DNA of 58,011 bases. Origin: Girardia tigrina. Taxonomy: Eukaryota. Location of the stretch: NCBI GenBank assembly GCA_001938485.1, contig MQRK01226581.1, positions 1-58,011 on the forward strand. The letters are read 5' to 3'. A program made the position numbers and the translations under genes. Below, one piece after another: positions 26,842-40,600 of the stretch (positions are counted from its first letter, which is position 1; each line of letters opens with the position of its first letter). Under the pieces are notes generated by a model. That model was not told the origin of the DNA. It ran no database searches and saw only the letters and a list, made by a program, of their open reading frames with translations.

Positions 26842-27103
26842 CTCCCTCTGTTCCGAAATAATGTTTACATTTGGGATAAATCTTTCCGATTATCAGGATA
26901 GATAACGATCTAGCACGTAAGAACCAACAAAAATTTCCATGGTTACGGGTCGCATTTTTTAACAACATTTATGTCATGCTTTCCTTTTCTCGTTTTCGGC
27001 ACTTCATAAAAGAATTTTTATCAAGTTAGACCTTTTTAGTAAAGAAAATTGTAGCATTTAACACAAATTAGAAAATGTAAACATTATTTCGGAACAGAGG
27101 GAG
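26842..27103. mobile_element. Stowaway-like (Tc1/mariner) MITE
   Basis: Perfect 31-bp TIRs CTCCCTCTGTTCCGAAATAATGTTTACATTT with TA on both sides; 262 bp. Confidence 0.92.
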
Positions 27104-28599
27104 TATTTGAATTCAATCGCTTTAATTACTTTATTTAATTTGGTTATTTTATTAATTATATATTTTATTTAATTAATTTATGCATTTTCCAAAAAATGTT
27201 CGGTCAATTATCTAATTTTCCGCTGCAAGTTATTTACAATAATATAATAATTATTTTATAGATGTGAATCAAATGTTTATTATTATATTTAAATAGGTTT
27301 AAAAAATATAAGATGGTTCATGATCATCACATAATCTTTTTTACTTACAATCAGAATATCGTCATATCGGATATCACTTTCCTTTTTTTAATTGTGGCAT
27401 GAACAGTCGGACTAACGATATCGCTAACGGCAGAGAAATTTTGGATAGATTGCTATTTTCAGTTCAATTGCTAAATGAAGTAGAAAGTTAGACGCTTTTT
27501 TTGCTTTGATATTGCCACAGAACCACTCAATATATTTGACCCCTAAATATCAAATTGTCTTCGGTGTTTGCATTTTTCGACCGAGGAAATTATTTACATA
27601 CACACGTTGCGTTAGTGTAACCAAGGACAGATTGTGAAAATAATAATTCAAAATTCAGCTCATTTTTGTAGTGTTTAATGCTTCATGATAAAAATTTTAC
27701 AGGTTTGACATTTCTAGCGCGTGCTATCATTTTTCACTAAATTGATGCGAAAAAAACAAATTGAATCATTCAGGTAATCAAACGGATTTAATGTCCAAAA
27801 AAAATTTATTTAAACGAGAAAACTTACAAGGATCATTTGATATTTTAAAGGATAACCTTGATAAATTGATTAAAAGTGAACAATACGATTACCAGCAATA
27901 ATATTTATTCCATTTATTTGTTCATGAAAATTATTTTACAGACAGAACTCAAAATAATGATTATAAAACTCCAATAGATAAAAATTATTTTTAAAAAATA
28001 ATCAAACAAATGTTAAATGTTTTGTGCAGTCCCAAGGTTGCCATAGAGACTGACTGATTGTAGCAGAGTCATGGCGTTTGTTATTATATGAACGAATAAA
28101 TGAAAATCGGTTGTATATTAATTAAATTTATTTTACAAATCGTTAACAATAATCAAATTTCAATGAAATAAATCGTATAATTTTGTCTAAATAAGTCTTA
28201 CAATTTATCTCGAAAGTTTCAAATAGTAAATTCACTAAATCAAACGCAATTTTAATTTGTTAATCAGTAACTTCAAAGTTATAGAAATCAGGAAATTAAT
28301 TCAGAAATTTACACTCAGACAAAGTTCGTTCGTAAAATGAAAATCAAATTCATTCAGTAAATTCATATTTCGTAATATAATTTGAAATTGGTAATTGACA
28401 ATAAAACTCGTAAAATGACAGTCGTTCGTAAATTTGAAACTTGAAATTCATAATTTTAGTAATTGTACAAATTTTGAAACATAAAAATTCTTTTTCTTCC
28501 AGTTTCATTGGTAAACAGTATTTTGATGTGGGTCCCTTCACTTATAGACATTAGTCTAATATTGCGGGGTTAACCAATATTGCAGGATGCGATTTTTTC

Positions 28600-29050
28600 A
28601 CTCTCGTAATAAAAGGAAAAACAGATAATGGCGTAGAGAATTGTAATTATGTAATGCCAGGTAGTTATCAAGGTTATTTATCTCTATAACAATAGAACAC
28701 AAGACATGTTTCACGACCAGAAGAGCATCGAAAATTCAAGAAACTACTACAGTTGGTTTCGATAATTACACCACAGACTTCAAATAAGATAGTAACAGTT
28801 AAGGTTCTGTAGCTACAAATAAAGCAAAAGATGAGCAATGAGGGTATACAAGCTCTCTAAATATCTAGATGACCATGTTTGATCTAGATATCATGGGGGA
28901 GTGTAATTAAGTAGTAGTTATTATATTTTTTTAAAATAAAACATATTGTAGATATAAATGCATTTATTTTAAACATCTTATTATTTAATTGTTATAATAA
29001 ATAATTAATAAACATCTTATTATTATATAAATTTATTTATATTGGTCTGA
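28600..29050 (+). mobile_element. Possible 3' end of a BEL/Pao-like LTR retrotransposon (PPT plus LTR start)
   Basis: GGGGGAG followed by TGTAAT at 28902 fits a polypurine tract/LTR junction; the decayed upstream peptide LVSIITPQTSNKIVTVKVL weakly resembles a BEL integrase tail. Confidence 0.25.
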
Positions 29051-29220
29051 AAGTGGACAAAACCATGGAAATCGATGATGTTATACTTGAAGTAGAGCAA
29101 AGCATTTAAGCAACTTATTTAACTGTCGAGTCATTTGGAAAATATAAAAATATATTTAGAGCAAAATAATGACGTAATACAAAAATCACCAATGTCGAAT
29201 TATTTAAAAAAAGGTTTATA

Positions 29221-29878
29221 TAGTTTGGAATTATTTTCGACTCGAGTATTTCTTAACCTATTTGATTATAAAATAACTTCAATTCAGTGTTATGAAATCC
29301 TTTTTCATTTATAGTGTAGGTACCCTTTGTGCATTTAGAAAATCTGATAGAATGTATTTAACGTAACAGAAAATCATTTCAAAGTAGAACGGTGTAAGTA
29401 GATCGAACGTTTGGTTTATAAAAGCTAAGCGCTCAGACAGTCTTCTGCTGTTTTTGTTACTTACATACTTTCATATTTTGGAATACTGCAATCTTTTTGC
29501 TCAGATCTACAAACTGTTTGTATCAAAGGCAAGAATTATTTTTTAGAAAGTTCTCTTCGACCTTTTATGGATATGGATAAGATTTGTGAAAAGTTTGGTT
29601 GAATTTAGTTCTACCATCTCCAAATATATAATAAACAGACAAACATACATTCTTTATATTTAAAATATCTTGTAATATTTTCAAAGACATTTTTTTAACA
29701 AAAGCATTTAGTAAACGAGACACAAATCTAGACAGTTTTATTTTTCAAGTCGAGTCAATATATTTTTAACGAATATAGAGTCGAGTCATTTTCATAATTT
29801 TTCGAGTCGTCTGAGTCGAGTTGGTTTGAAGACTTAAGGCGCGACTATGGTCGAGTCACATTACTTGATTCGAAACTA
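29221..29878. mobile_element. Possible decayed hAT-like non-autonomous element
   Basis: Ends TAGTTTGGAAT ... ATTCGAAACTA, with clustered GTCGAGTC / GACTCGA subterminal motifs; no matching 8-bp TSD. Confidence 0.3.
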
Positions 29879-31439
29879 ATATTTTTTTTCTTCCAAATTT
29901 ATGTTAATTTTGGTTATTTGAGTTCGAATAACATCACGTAAATCTTTCATCTATGACACTTTAAAAATGCCGAAAAAATAGTATTTATAATTTAACTAAT
30001 TATCGTTATTAATAAGATTAAGTGGGAATGTTTAAGGAATATATTCGATTTTTCATTCATCAAAAATGAGTCACGCATTGATTTCGATCACTTAAAATCA
30101 ATGTGATTAACATTTTTTTCGTATATTTAGATAATATTATTTATGATTTTACAAAAGTAAAATTTAAATTTAATAGAAGAAATTTAATAACTCATTGCGT
30201 GCCGTGTTACTCAAATGTGAATGACGGTAGCTGTAGTCTCAACGATATCATCAATCAAATATATATGACGGTTAACTTTTACGTTTAGTCATTGTCATTC
30301 TTAAATGCATGACAAAAATATATTTTCTACGATAAAATTCGATCTGTGTTTCACACTTTAGCTTTTTAGAGTTTTATTGATAGAAAAAATTAAAATAAAG
30401 TGAATTTCTTTGATAATAAAGTCTAGCAATGTTTTTTTAGGTCAATTCCACGGTCTCCCTGCTAATAGCGTAATTTTACAGAAATTCCTTCGAAAGTTTT
30501 GATATAAGCGTTAGTTGTATAAAAAAAGCTTTAAAAATTAGTGTAGAATCTACACTAGAATTTTTATTGCTTAAAAATATTTTGAATAATGCGTTGGTTT
30601 GCCGTTTAAGCACAGGACAATATTTTAACTCCACCGACTTAGGCTGCCTATTCGAGGCCGATTTCTTTAAGGACCTTGTTAAATGAATATAAACATCGGT
30701 GTGCAACACGCATGTAAAACGTTTTCATCACTCCATAAAACATAACTTCGAATTTTTATGGAACACATCAACATTTAGATTGGTATCCTCGTGTTCGGTG
30801 GTAGACGAAAAACACCATCTGCCGTTGCACGACACCCGCACTAGCAGTTTATGGTAAAAACTATTTAGAGTAACGTATCAAGACCCACCTTTCTGATTCC
30901 TCTATTCAGGAAACAGAAAGATTATAAAAAGAAAACTGAGGATCATAGAAAAATCAAATTATGACATCTTTAAGTGAAAACCAAATTTAAAATAATAACG
31001 ATATCAAATAATGAGGGTTTTCCAAAGTATTAAATTTTTTCAGTCAAAGTTCTTCATTAAATATTGTTTTTTCGATAAATCTGTCGTATATAACAAATAT
31101 ATATCCGATCATAATAATTTAAAGAAAACTAATATTCAAATAAGGATTGATAAAAAAGAATTTAGAAAAAAATTTTTGTCTTAATGTAGGTAGCAGCATC
31201 ACTCCGATGATGCGATTTATTTAGACTTGTTTGTCGTCAAAAATTTGGAATTATCATTTGATGTTTTTCAATCAAATGTTGATTGATTTATAGTTTCAAG
31301 ATAACTGTTTCAATTTGTTTGGCACTTCTCTATATAAATCTTTCCGATCGTTTTTATATGACTTGCGGACCGACGGGCTTTAATAAAGTCTCTTGAAGTA
31401 TTATAATAGCTGAAAGTTTCAAATGATCGAATATTGTTG

Positions 31440-32010
31440 TTAGGGATTAAATTTGAAGCTAAAATTTTTGATGTAATAAATTAATTAAAATGAATAATAC
31501 TAAAATGAATAATGAAAGCATGTTTTGCAATAAATCTCCAATGCCATTGGGATTGTGTTCGGATCTCATTTACCAATATACATGTAATGGGTGTAACGCC
31601 ACATACATTGGAGAGACTTCACTTCATCTCTGTAAGAGAATCCAGGAACACAGTCGCAATGAAGGTGGAAGTAACATTGCATGACATAGAAGACATTGTA
31701 AAGGAGATATAACTTCATAACACTTTAAAATTCTGTGCACTCAATTTAAAAATTATTGGGAGAGAGTGACATGTGAAGCGTTATATATAAGATCTTTGGA
31801 TCCTAAAATTAACGTTCAAACTGTCCTCTCTACAACTTTGTTGAGAGTTTTTAAATGATGTACTGATTACGTATTGATTGTATAATCATTAACTCCACTA
31901 TATAAATAAATTTCGTTTGAAAAATCATTTGTTCTGACGATGACGGTTAAAACGTCGAAATTAATAAATATTTTCAATTGACTTTCGAATTTTGATTTTA
32001 ATAATCTGCC
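31440..32010 (+). mobile_element. Penelope-like element 3' fragment: GIY-YIG endonuclease plus pseudo-LTR
   Basis: LIYQYTCNGCNATYIGETSLHLCKRIQEH...H...FKIL...EALYIRSLDPKINVQ is the CCHH-type GIY-YIG of Penelope elements; internal stops. Confidence 0.92.
31927..31972 (+). ncRNA. Minimal type I hammerhead ribozyme of Penelope pseudo-LTR
   Basis: UGUU-CUGACGA-U-GACG(guuaaaa)CGUC-GAAA-UUAA-UA^AAUA: intact CUGANGA/GAAA core, 4-bp stem II, palindromic vestigial stem III, short stem I; lies just 3' of the GIY-YIG ORF. Confidence 0.75.
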
Positions 32011-33537
32011 AATTTTTTTTCAATTTATTCACGAATAATAATAACGTAAAATTCTTTAAGAAAATTTATCATAAAAATTAAGTTAAATAATTAAACTATT
32101 TTTATGTATATAAATATTTGTACTATATATGGTTGGTAATTATAGTGACAAGTGAGTGAGAATTTGAATAGAAAATTCGGGAAGAGTCGATCTGTGTATG
32201 AATTTAGTGGAATGTTGAGAGTTCGGTTCGATGGGCGATCTGTTAGACGCGACATGATGATGTAATGATTATTCGTAGTAGATTCTTATCGAAAAAAATC
32301 CATATTTCTCACAACTTTAAATCACATCTTTTCCGCGAATAATTTCATCATAATATCACCGAGATACAATAAACCTGTTCAAATTTTTTTCATCAAATTC
32401 ATCCTTTGCACTTCTAATTTAAAAACTACTCAATTTCAAACAATAGCCAAATCTTTCAAAACTCTAAATGCAAATGTTTTAAGCTCACTTACAAATTTTA
32501 TGTAACAATACTTGATTCCATAAAACTAATTATCAGATCAATCAAATGATTTAATCAATTTTAGACAAATAATTCATTTTTTTTACAAAATTTATTTTTT
32601 TTACTTCTTCCAATTTTTCATATAAAAGTTAATTACTTTTTAATTACTTATTTAATTAACTCATTATTTAATTAACTTATTCATTTACTTTTTTAACTAT
32701 TTACACGAATCACACAAGAAAAAAGGCTTAACATTAATAGGTTAGTAAATAAATAACTAATTTATCAGCAAACTTAGTCGAGCAGTAAAAAATTATATAA
32801 TATTAATAAAAAATGATTAAGATTAGTAAAAAATTATATGTACCTTTTCTTATATGTACCTACCGCGTTTTCTTTTTTCGCCAAGAACTTCTTTAGTTAT
32901 TGCTGGTCATTTGTGTAAAAATCGGTTTAACCCAGTAAGAAATGTTCAGAGAACTGTACAGTGTTAATTGCACGAGTTTTTTACTATCAAATATTTCACA
33001 GACGCAAAAAATCACTTAATGTAGGAAAAATATATTGTTAACAACAATCCAACATAAATTGATAAACAAAATTAAATAAAAACCTCATGATATAATCAGA
33101 CGCGAAATGATCAAAAAATGAATAATAATTTTTATTGTTAATATAATGGATGCCAATAGAATTACAATTGTGAATAATACTTCAAAGAGAAAAAGTCACG
33201 TGAATCGAAAAATCTTCAGATGTCTTGGCGAAAATTTGGGATTTGTCAATTGTCAGTAAATAATCACGCCGTAATTATAACCGCAATTTTCAATTAATAT
33301 CAATATTGATTTTTTTGTATTTAAATTACCCTTGGTAATTTGATAATAAAGTATTTATAATTTAATTTAGTGAAATTATTGGGGGAAATATAATACACAG
33401 TTTCGTTTCTTTTTTTTCATCGCTGACTTGATGACCTTCACTTTTATTTGACTTGACTAATTAGTCTTTTAAATGTCGTTAAAAAATAAAAAAATCGGAA
33501 ATGTGAGAAAGTCACACTACTAGTTTTCATTGTTTTG

Positions 33538-35610
33538 GATGAATTCCCATACCAAGTGTGCTTACAGATGTAATCCTTCAGAAAAGCTTCGGAATTACAT
33601 GTTGAGTTCATCCAATTGGTAACTTCTTCCATTTACCAAATGCTAAAAGATTTTTGAATTGTTCGAAACCTGCTTTTTATATTTCACTTTTCATTTACTT
33701 TCTACGTGACACCACACGGTATTTAGTACACTCGTCTTGGGCCTTTATCATCACCAATGATATCTTTTGAAGATTTAACCCATTGATAAGACTTCAAACA
33801 TAGTTTTAAAAAGATAGTAGGTTTTGAGGCGAATAGTTTGGCATTAATCTTAGTTGGATTACGTTCAATGAATATAAAAAATTTAATTATTTGATTTACT
33901 AGTTTTCATTTTTATTTATTATCAAATATATATTTATAATTTCAAATAACAAAAATATATTTTTTAACACATTTATTCAATAATTTATTATTCAACACTA
34001 ACATATTCAAACAAATAGGCAGAGTCAGCGATATCTCTTTCACCAAATCACAGTTTCAAATGTCTTCATTCACTAATGTTGCTTTCACTGATATCGCGAA
34101 CTCTGCCTAACGCAAACTGTTATTCGTTCAAAATTTTTTGAGGTGTACCTAGATTGAAGATTATTAATCTTCCCCGTCTATATGGAGTACTTTGGTCCTA
34201 AAATTAATTTAAAACAATAAAAATTAAGATTATTATCCAATATTTTGTCTGCATAAATAATGTGTATGTAAAATTAAATTTTTTGATTTACTAGTTTTTT
34301 CTGTTGTGAAATATGACCGAACGAAATAGGTATTGTCGTTTTTGATAGGAGAACTGGGTATCCCACTTTTCGTGTTTTTTGATGAATTCGTCTCCTGGTA
34401 TATTCTTATAGTATATATTTTAACGAATACAAAATACATTTATTCAAATTTATCATAATACATCTAAATCGATTTGTAAACACATCGATAAAACACGTAT
34501 ATTATTAAATGTTTTTTGCTTTTCCAAAATAATAGTATTGTGGCTCGGCATTGTTTTTGATGAATTCGTCTCCTGGTATATTCTTATAGTATATATTTTA
34601 ACGAATACAAAATACATTTATTCAAATTTATCATAATACATCTAAATCGATTTGTAAACACATCGATAAAACACGTATATTATTAAATGTTTTTTGCTTT
34701 TCCAAAATAATAGTATTGTGGCTCGGCATTGTTTTTTATTGTGCCACCGTGTCTCTTAATAAAGGCCTGGGCGTAATCATCGATTTGGCCACCCAGCGAT
34801 ATTATTGTGCTGTGTTGATCTCATATTCGAATATTGTTGATGGAAAAATTGAGAAATTCGATCGATGAAGAGTCGAAATTCGTTGTGCGCATATATTTCA
34901 GCGCGTGGGTCAAGAAATATTTTAATATATCGATTGATGGAGTGTTGGAATCGTTAATTTTCTGTTTTTGTTCTTGATTTGTCGTTTTGTTCCTAACGAT
35001 CATTCGTTTTGGTTTTTCGTCTAATTCTGTTTCCAATGTTTTGAACATCTCGAAGTATGTCCTTTGTTCATTGAATTTGTGTAGTCCCCAGAAATAGTAG
35101 AGACAATGCAACATATTATTTTCGAAGCACTTGTAATATGTCTTCTTTATTCGTCGTCATCATTGCACATATTATTGCTTTTAATTCTGTCTGCGTAGAT
35201 AATGGGTATATAAAATAAAATGTTTTGATTTACTAGTTTTAATTTTATATTTATTATCAAATATATATTTATAATTTCAAATAACAAAAATATTTTTTAA
35301 TACATTTATTCTATAATTTATTATTCAACATGTTTTTTAACACATGCATATTTTTTGTTTTACTGAATTGATTAACATTACTCAAAAAAATACAAATTAT
35401 GGAACAAATTCAAAATTTTTCCATAAAAATCATCAGTTCATAAAGAAAATGGATAAACCAAAATTTAAAGGAATTGGAAGTAGAGGTCACTGAGGCACAC
35501 CAATCGCTCCAATTTCACCCTCATTCAACGAAAAATAATAAAAAATTAAGACTTATATCCAATATTCTGTCTGTATAAAGGATGGAAATATAAAATTTTT
35601 TGATTTACTA
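33538..35610. repeat. Mosaic dispersed repeat, copy 2, with an internal ~180-bp tandem duplication (~34375-34735)
   Basis: Direct similarity to 6440-7110 and 7918-9030; shared decayed ORFs (e.g. LHCLYYFWGL.KFNEQRTYFEMFK). Confidence 0.9.
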
Positions 35611-36925
35611 TTTTACTGATAAATTAGTTATTTATTTACTATCTCCTATTTTATATTTTTTACGGAATTAAATTAAGGGATTAAGTTTTTTTATTTATTA
35701 TTTGGTTATTTAATTATTAAACCATTCATACTTTTTTACTATTCAATTAAGTTTTTTACTGATCAATTTATTATTTTTTACTGACATTAATATTTTTACT
35801 GATCAATAGATTATTTTTTACTTACCTATTAATATTCAGTCAATTTAATTTGTAGTTTACTGACCATTTTATTGCATTTATTTCCCTATTAAATCATAGC
35901 TAAAAACAAGTACAAATCTCTGCAAACAAAAAATATCACATAATTCGCTGCAATAATTTGAATAATACTTTTTCATAGAAGTCACTTGATTAAAGAGAGA
36001 CAAAACATAATCTATGAATACTGTTTCGAATCACTTCATTTGAATTATGGATACTTGACTGATCACTTTTTCTCTACCAATACTGTTCATATATTTATAT
36101 TTGATAAATTTAAATAAATTATAATTTGTAAGATGCATAAAAATATATACTTTATAATTTTTTAAAAGATTATATAAAGTTGCACAAATGATATACATGT
36201 ATAGGTAAATATTTACTTTTAGCTGTTATTTTTTAATGTATAGTTACAATAACTGAAAGAAAAAATAATTCAGTTTAAGGTAAATCAAAATAAGAAATAA
36301 ATATATATTATAATAAACTTTGTATTAAAATTATACCTTTATACATAGCGATGTAATATGAATTTTTTTTACATGTCCTATGTAAAAGTATATACAATTG
36401 TAACATTTTCGTTCATATTTTAATTTCGTTATAAGTGCATATTTTGTTTAAAATTAAAACCAAAAAGAATCAAAGTGTATTTGCATAGCTAAATTTAATT
36501 TATTAATTTGCCCCTTAACAAGTGTTTGAGATTCAAATAATTTGACTATTAGAATTTAAACATTTAAAAATTAATTTTTAATTACAATCAAAAACAAAAT
36601 TATGAAAAAAGAAAAATTAAGAATTGAAAATTTTCTCGAAAATGGACTTTCGTTTGACTGAATCATTTGATAGAAACGTGATGGATCAATATTGGCTATT
36701 TTTTTGAACTTTGTAATTTTCGTGTGAATTGTTTATATAATTTTTTTGATTATTCGGTGATCAATTTGAAATAACAGTTTGTTAAACAAATTTTGGATTC
36801 GAAAATTAGGTTATTCATAAATCTTTTGGCAAAAATTTTGATCTGAACGAATTTAAGTTCACTTTACGTTTTGGTTGTGATTTCGGAAATTCGGATAAAA
36901 TCTTAGTGATAAAAATAAATAAAAA

Positions 36926-37438
36926 ATGATCGAAAGTGATCATAACGTCGAAATGAGGACGAAAGAAATTCCGAGAGAAATAAATGTCGAAGTTGTTAAA
37001 GAAAAAACGAGCACAGTTAAATGCGAATATTTCGAAAATCATATAGTTTTGTTTCTCCAACATTTCGGTTCTGCATATGCTCCGATTCGAATTTTGAAAG
37101 AGAATGTTATCAATAACGGATTTCTCGATAGAAATGTCCTTTCGATTTCTTTTATTTATGAAGACGAAATAGATAGCGGTTTATTAAATTTTAATAAATA
37201 TCAATTACGGATTCATATTTATCAACTAAACGAAACTGATGAAATTTACGAGAAGGAATTTGATCATGATGGTGAAAGCGTAATCGCAGTCGATAACTGG
37301 ATATTACCGTTCCCGGCTTTTGAAAATCTATTGAACTCTCTTGTCTATTCCAACAACATCAAAACAATTTTAAATACAATATGGGCCCAGCAATTCATCC
37401 ACAAAATTTCCCTGCGCAACCCTGCTACCTCCATCTGA
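36926..37438 (+). pseudogene. TRIP13: Truncated TRIP13/PCH2 (pachytene checkpoint AAA+ ATPase) N-terminal fragment
   Basis: INVEV...ST...FLDRNVLSIS...IHIYQLNE...ESVIAVDNWILPFPAFENLLNSLVY...K matches the TRIP13 N-domain (VHVEV..., FLTRNVQSVS, LHIFQLNE, AANHWVLPAAEFHGLWDSLVY). Similarity stops at ~37365, before the Walker A motif. Confidence 0.85.
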
Positions 37439-40094
37439 TTCTCGGGGTGACCCGAGAGTTGTGCGGAACACTATTGTAAATTAAAAATGTCAAATTTTAA
37501 ATCTCGATGGGTGGGAAGTAAGGCTAATTCTGTTTTACTGAACTAGTCAATATTTAATTATTATTTTTTGAAATTCTTTATGTGCAACTAGCGTAAAATC
37601 TAAAAAAATAGATTAACTTAAACTAGTGAAAGGTACATAAAATAGTTCTTGGCCGAATTGCACTTAGAAAAATGAATATTTGAGGACTAAGGACTAATGC
37701 AATTCACAAGCGAGAATATTATGGAGTGAATGTTATTTATATCAGTTTTCTTTTTTTGAAAATCGTGTACTGACAATTATTTTGAAATATGTTTGTAAAT
37801 AATATTTGATTTCCTGGAAAATATTTGATTATTTCTCAGATTAATATTACTAGAGGATCGACGCTTTTATCATTCGTAAGAAGGGCTTATGCAATTTTTA
37901 AATATATACATATTAAAAGTATAATATTTTGGTTTCTTAATTTTCTGCTCTTAATTAGTAAAACAATCATTGAAAAATTTGTGTGTTGTTTGTTTCTCAA
38001 ATAATATTTCAGTTCCCAATTAGTTACTTTTTATACAGTCTACAAATAGATTTAATATTTTATATCTTTTTATTCTATACCTTTTCATCTGTTATTATAT
38101 CTGTTTGGAATTCAATCTTTAAAAAACATTTTATTTTAAATTGTATTGATATTTATATGAAACGATTGAATCCCTTCATCTCTCTTTAGTGTTGAAAAGA
38201 TCTCTTGACAATTCAAAATCAAAGAACATTTAATTTTTGTTCTCCTTGCTTGCTTGATTTATATAATCGATATGTATATAAAGAATATGTTAAAAAAATA
38301 GCTAAATAACCTAACAAAAGATAAATAAAAGAAATTAAATAACAAAGAATAAATAAAATAAAAAATATCTAATTTTAAAATAAACTGAGTTTAACTTAGT
38401 TATCGCTATTAGTTTTTATTATTGAATTCGAGTCAGGTGACTCTTTACTTTGTTTTGCTACCACCGATTGAAGTCAATTGAGTGTGTGGCTATTTTTGCT
38501 TATTGGTTGAAATTGTAAAATACTTATTTATAAAAAAATTAAATATATGCTTTATATATATATATAATATGATAAATTCTGGGGTTTCCTTCCCTCTTCT
38601 GTGTACATCGTGATCGCGCTTATATATAGAGTGAATTTCGTGAGAAAGAAATTCAAACTTTTGTGAGAAGTGTGTAAGGGTCCGACCAAGTAATTCGATC
38701 GAGAATTTGAAAAAAGAAAGTGCATAAGAAAGTAGGAATCCCTCAAACACTTCACAAGATACATCTAAGAAGTTATCACTCGCTAACTTGTTGCGAAATT
38801 CAAAAAGGCGACCACAGTACATAGTTGGGTTAAATGGAGGGAGTTCAAATTCCGACAAGATCTTGTAAGGCGAACACAAAAAGAGAATATTGAAAATAAA
38901 ATTATCAATGGCTCAAAATTTAGTAATGAAAGAAATTTGCGAGAAAACATAAACAAGACGGTGAAGAGAGGAATAAGAAGTTTACGAAAAGACAATGAGC
39001 TATTTAAAGGAACTACTAGAAATTAAAGAGTAAAAAATTTAACGAAAGAAATTCTCAAAATTAAAGAGGAAATTTAAACAATAAAGAAAAGTTTGAAGAA
39101 TTTGATAATATGATGAGAAAAGATGTTTCGAGCTTCATCATAACTTATCCTCTTGACATTGAATCTGAATCGAAATGTTAGAAAAGCTAAAAATATTCAT
39201 TTCATTAAGGGTTCCTGTCCTCGAAGAAGTCACAGAGTTATGTAAAATGAAGATCAACCTTCAAGATGTGTATTGAAGACACTGATGGCTCTCACGAATA
39301 AAAGCTACTTAATTTAAGACAGTCACCTGAACAACCTCTTAGACTGATCGAAAATAACTCCTCTATCGCTAATTGTATTCCTATTTAAACTTATGTATCT
39401 CTGTGGGCCACAAGTATTTCACCAATCCATACAAGTACATCACCAATCTCTCCATCGACCTTCCGTATAAACATTATCGACTGTTTATACATAAAAAATC
39501 AAATGCTAAAAATAATTACATTACTAAATATCTATTAAAAATATCTTTAACATATTAATAAACTAGCTTTAGTAGTCTGATGTTGATAAACAGTTTGTAT
39601 TATAAGGTATCTATTATAATTACAGTAGTTTTATATCCTATGTTAATCGTTTTTGCGTTTTGTTTGGCATTCTCTTACATTTCTAAATGTAAGTGCACCA
39701 CAGTTTAAAACTTAATCATATAATAAAATTTAGATGCGTTAACGTATGAAGTTTCTAAAACTTACCGTTTATGACGACGCAAAAGAGACTTATATACTCC
39801 ACTCATCCGAAAGTCACCGATTACCTATGTATTTACCAGTAATGTATGCTTTTATCACCTCTTCCATTCTTCCGGGCATATTTTATCATGAAGATGCATA
39901 GCAAGTATCGATTTAAATTAAATGATTATAATTATAATTATTCATTTTTCATGACTGCGTTAAGAATACATTATATACACCACCAATAAAAATTCAATTT
40001 TCAAGAACATAATAGCAACTGCAGCTCATGTAATTATGTTCGCTCGATTAACATGAGACGAAAATATAATATTTTAAAAAATGCAAGTTTAAAT

Positions 40095-40135
<41 letters not shown>

Positions 40136-40389
40136 TGATAATAGTTTATTAAATTAAAAATTTTTTTAATTAAAAACGTTTAAAATTAAATAAAATACAA
40201 AATTTCGAAAACAGTAAATTTATATGTAAATATATTTACAATTATTTTGATATTATTGGTTTGTGCAAAAAAAATGAAAAATCGTTCCTCAGAAATTTAC
40301 TTAGGCGAAACTTGTTTAAATAATATGTATATTGTTGTTAGTAAATAAAAATTTCTAAAAATATCTTTATCTAATATATCTCATCTCTA

Positions 40390-40585
40390 TATATTCCCGA
40401 ACCTATCAGAAGTTATAGAAGTGTGTCAAAGACACCCTCAACTGTCTTTTCTTGCTGTCCTAGCAGAATAACTACGGGAAGAATGGCGGAATATTCATCT
40501 AGACTTTTTAGCAAGTGTCGTAGAGTCGACATCCGATAGAGTGAAGGATGTGATTAAATGCAAAAGAAATTGTACAAAGTATTTA
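40390..40585 (+). mobile_element. Tc1-like transposase C-terminal remnant
   Basis: LREEWRNIHLDFLASVVESTSDRVKDVIKCKRNCTKY matches the Tc1 tail (EEW..I...L..LV.SMP.R...VI..KG..TKY). Confidence 0.75.
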
Positions 40586-40600
40586 AAATTCATTAATATA

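Noticed and set aside
38400-39500. Possible LINE ORF1/gag-like lysine-rich coiled-coil remnant
   Set aside because: Many stops and no diagnostic motif; cannot be assigned.
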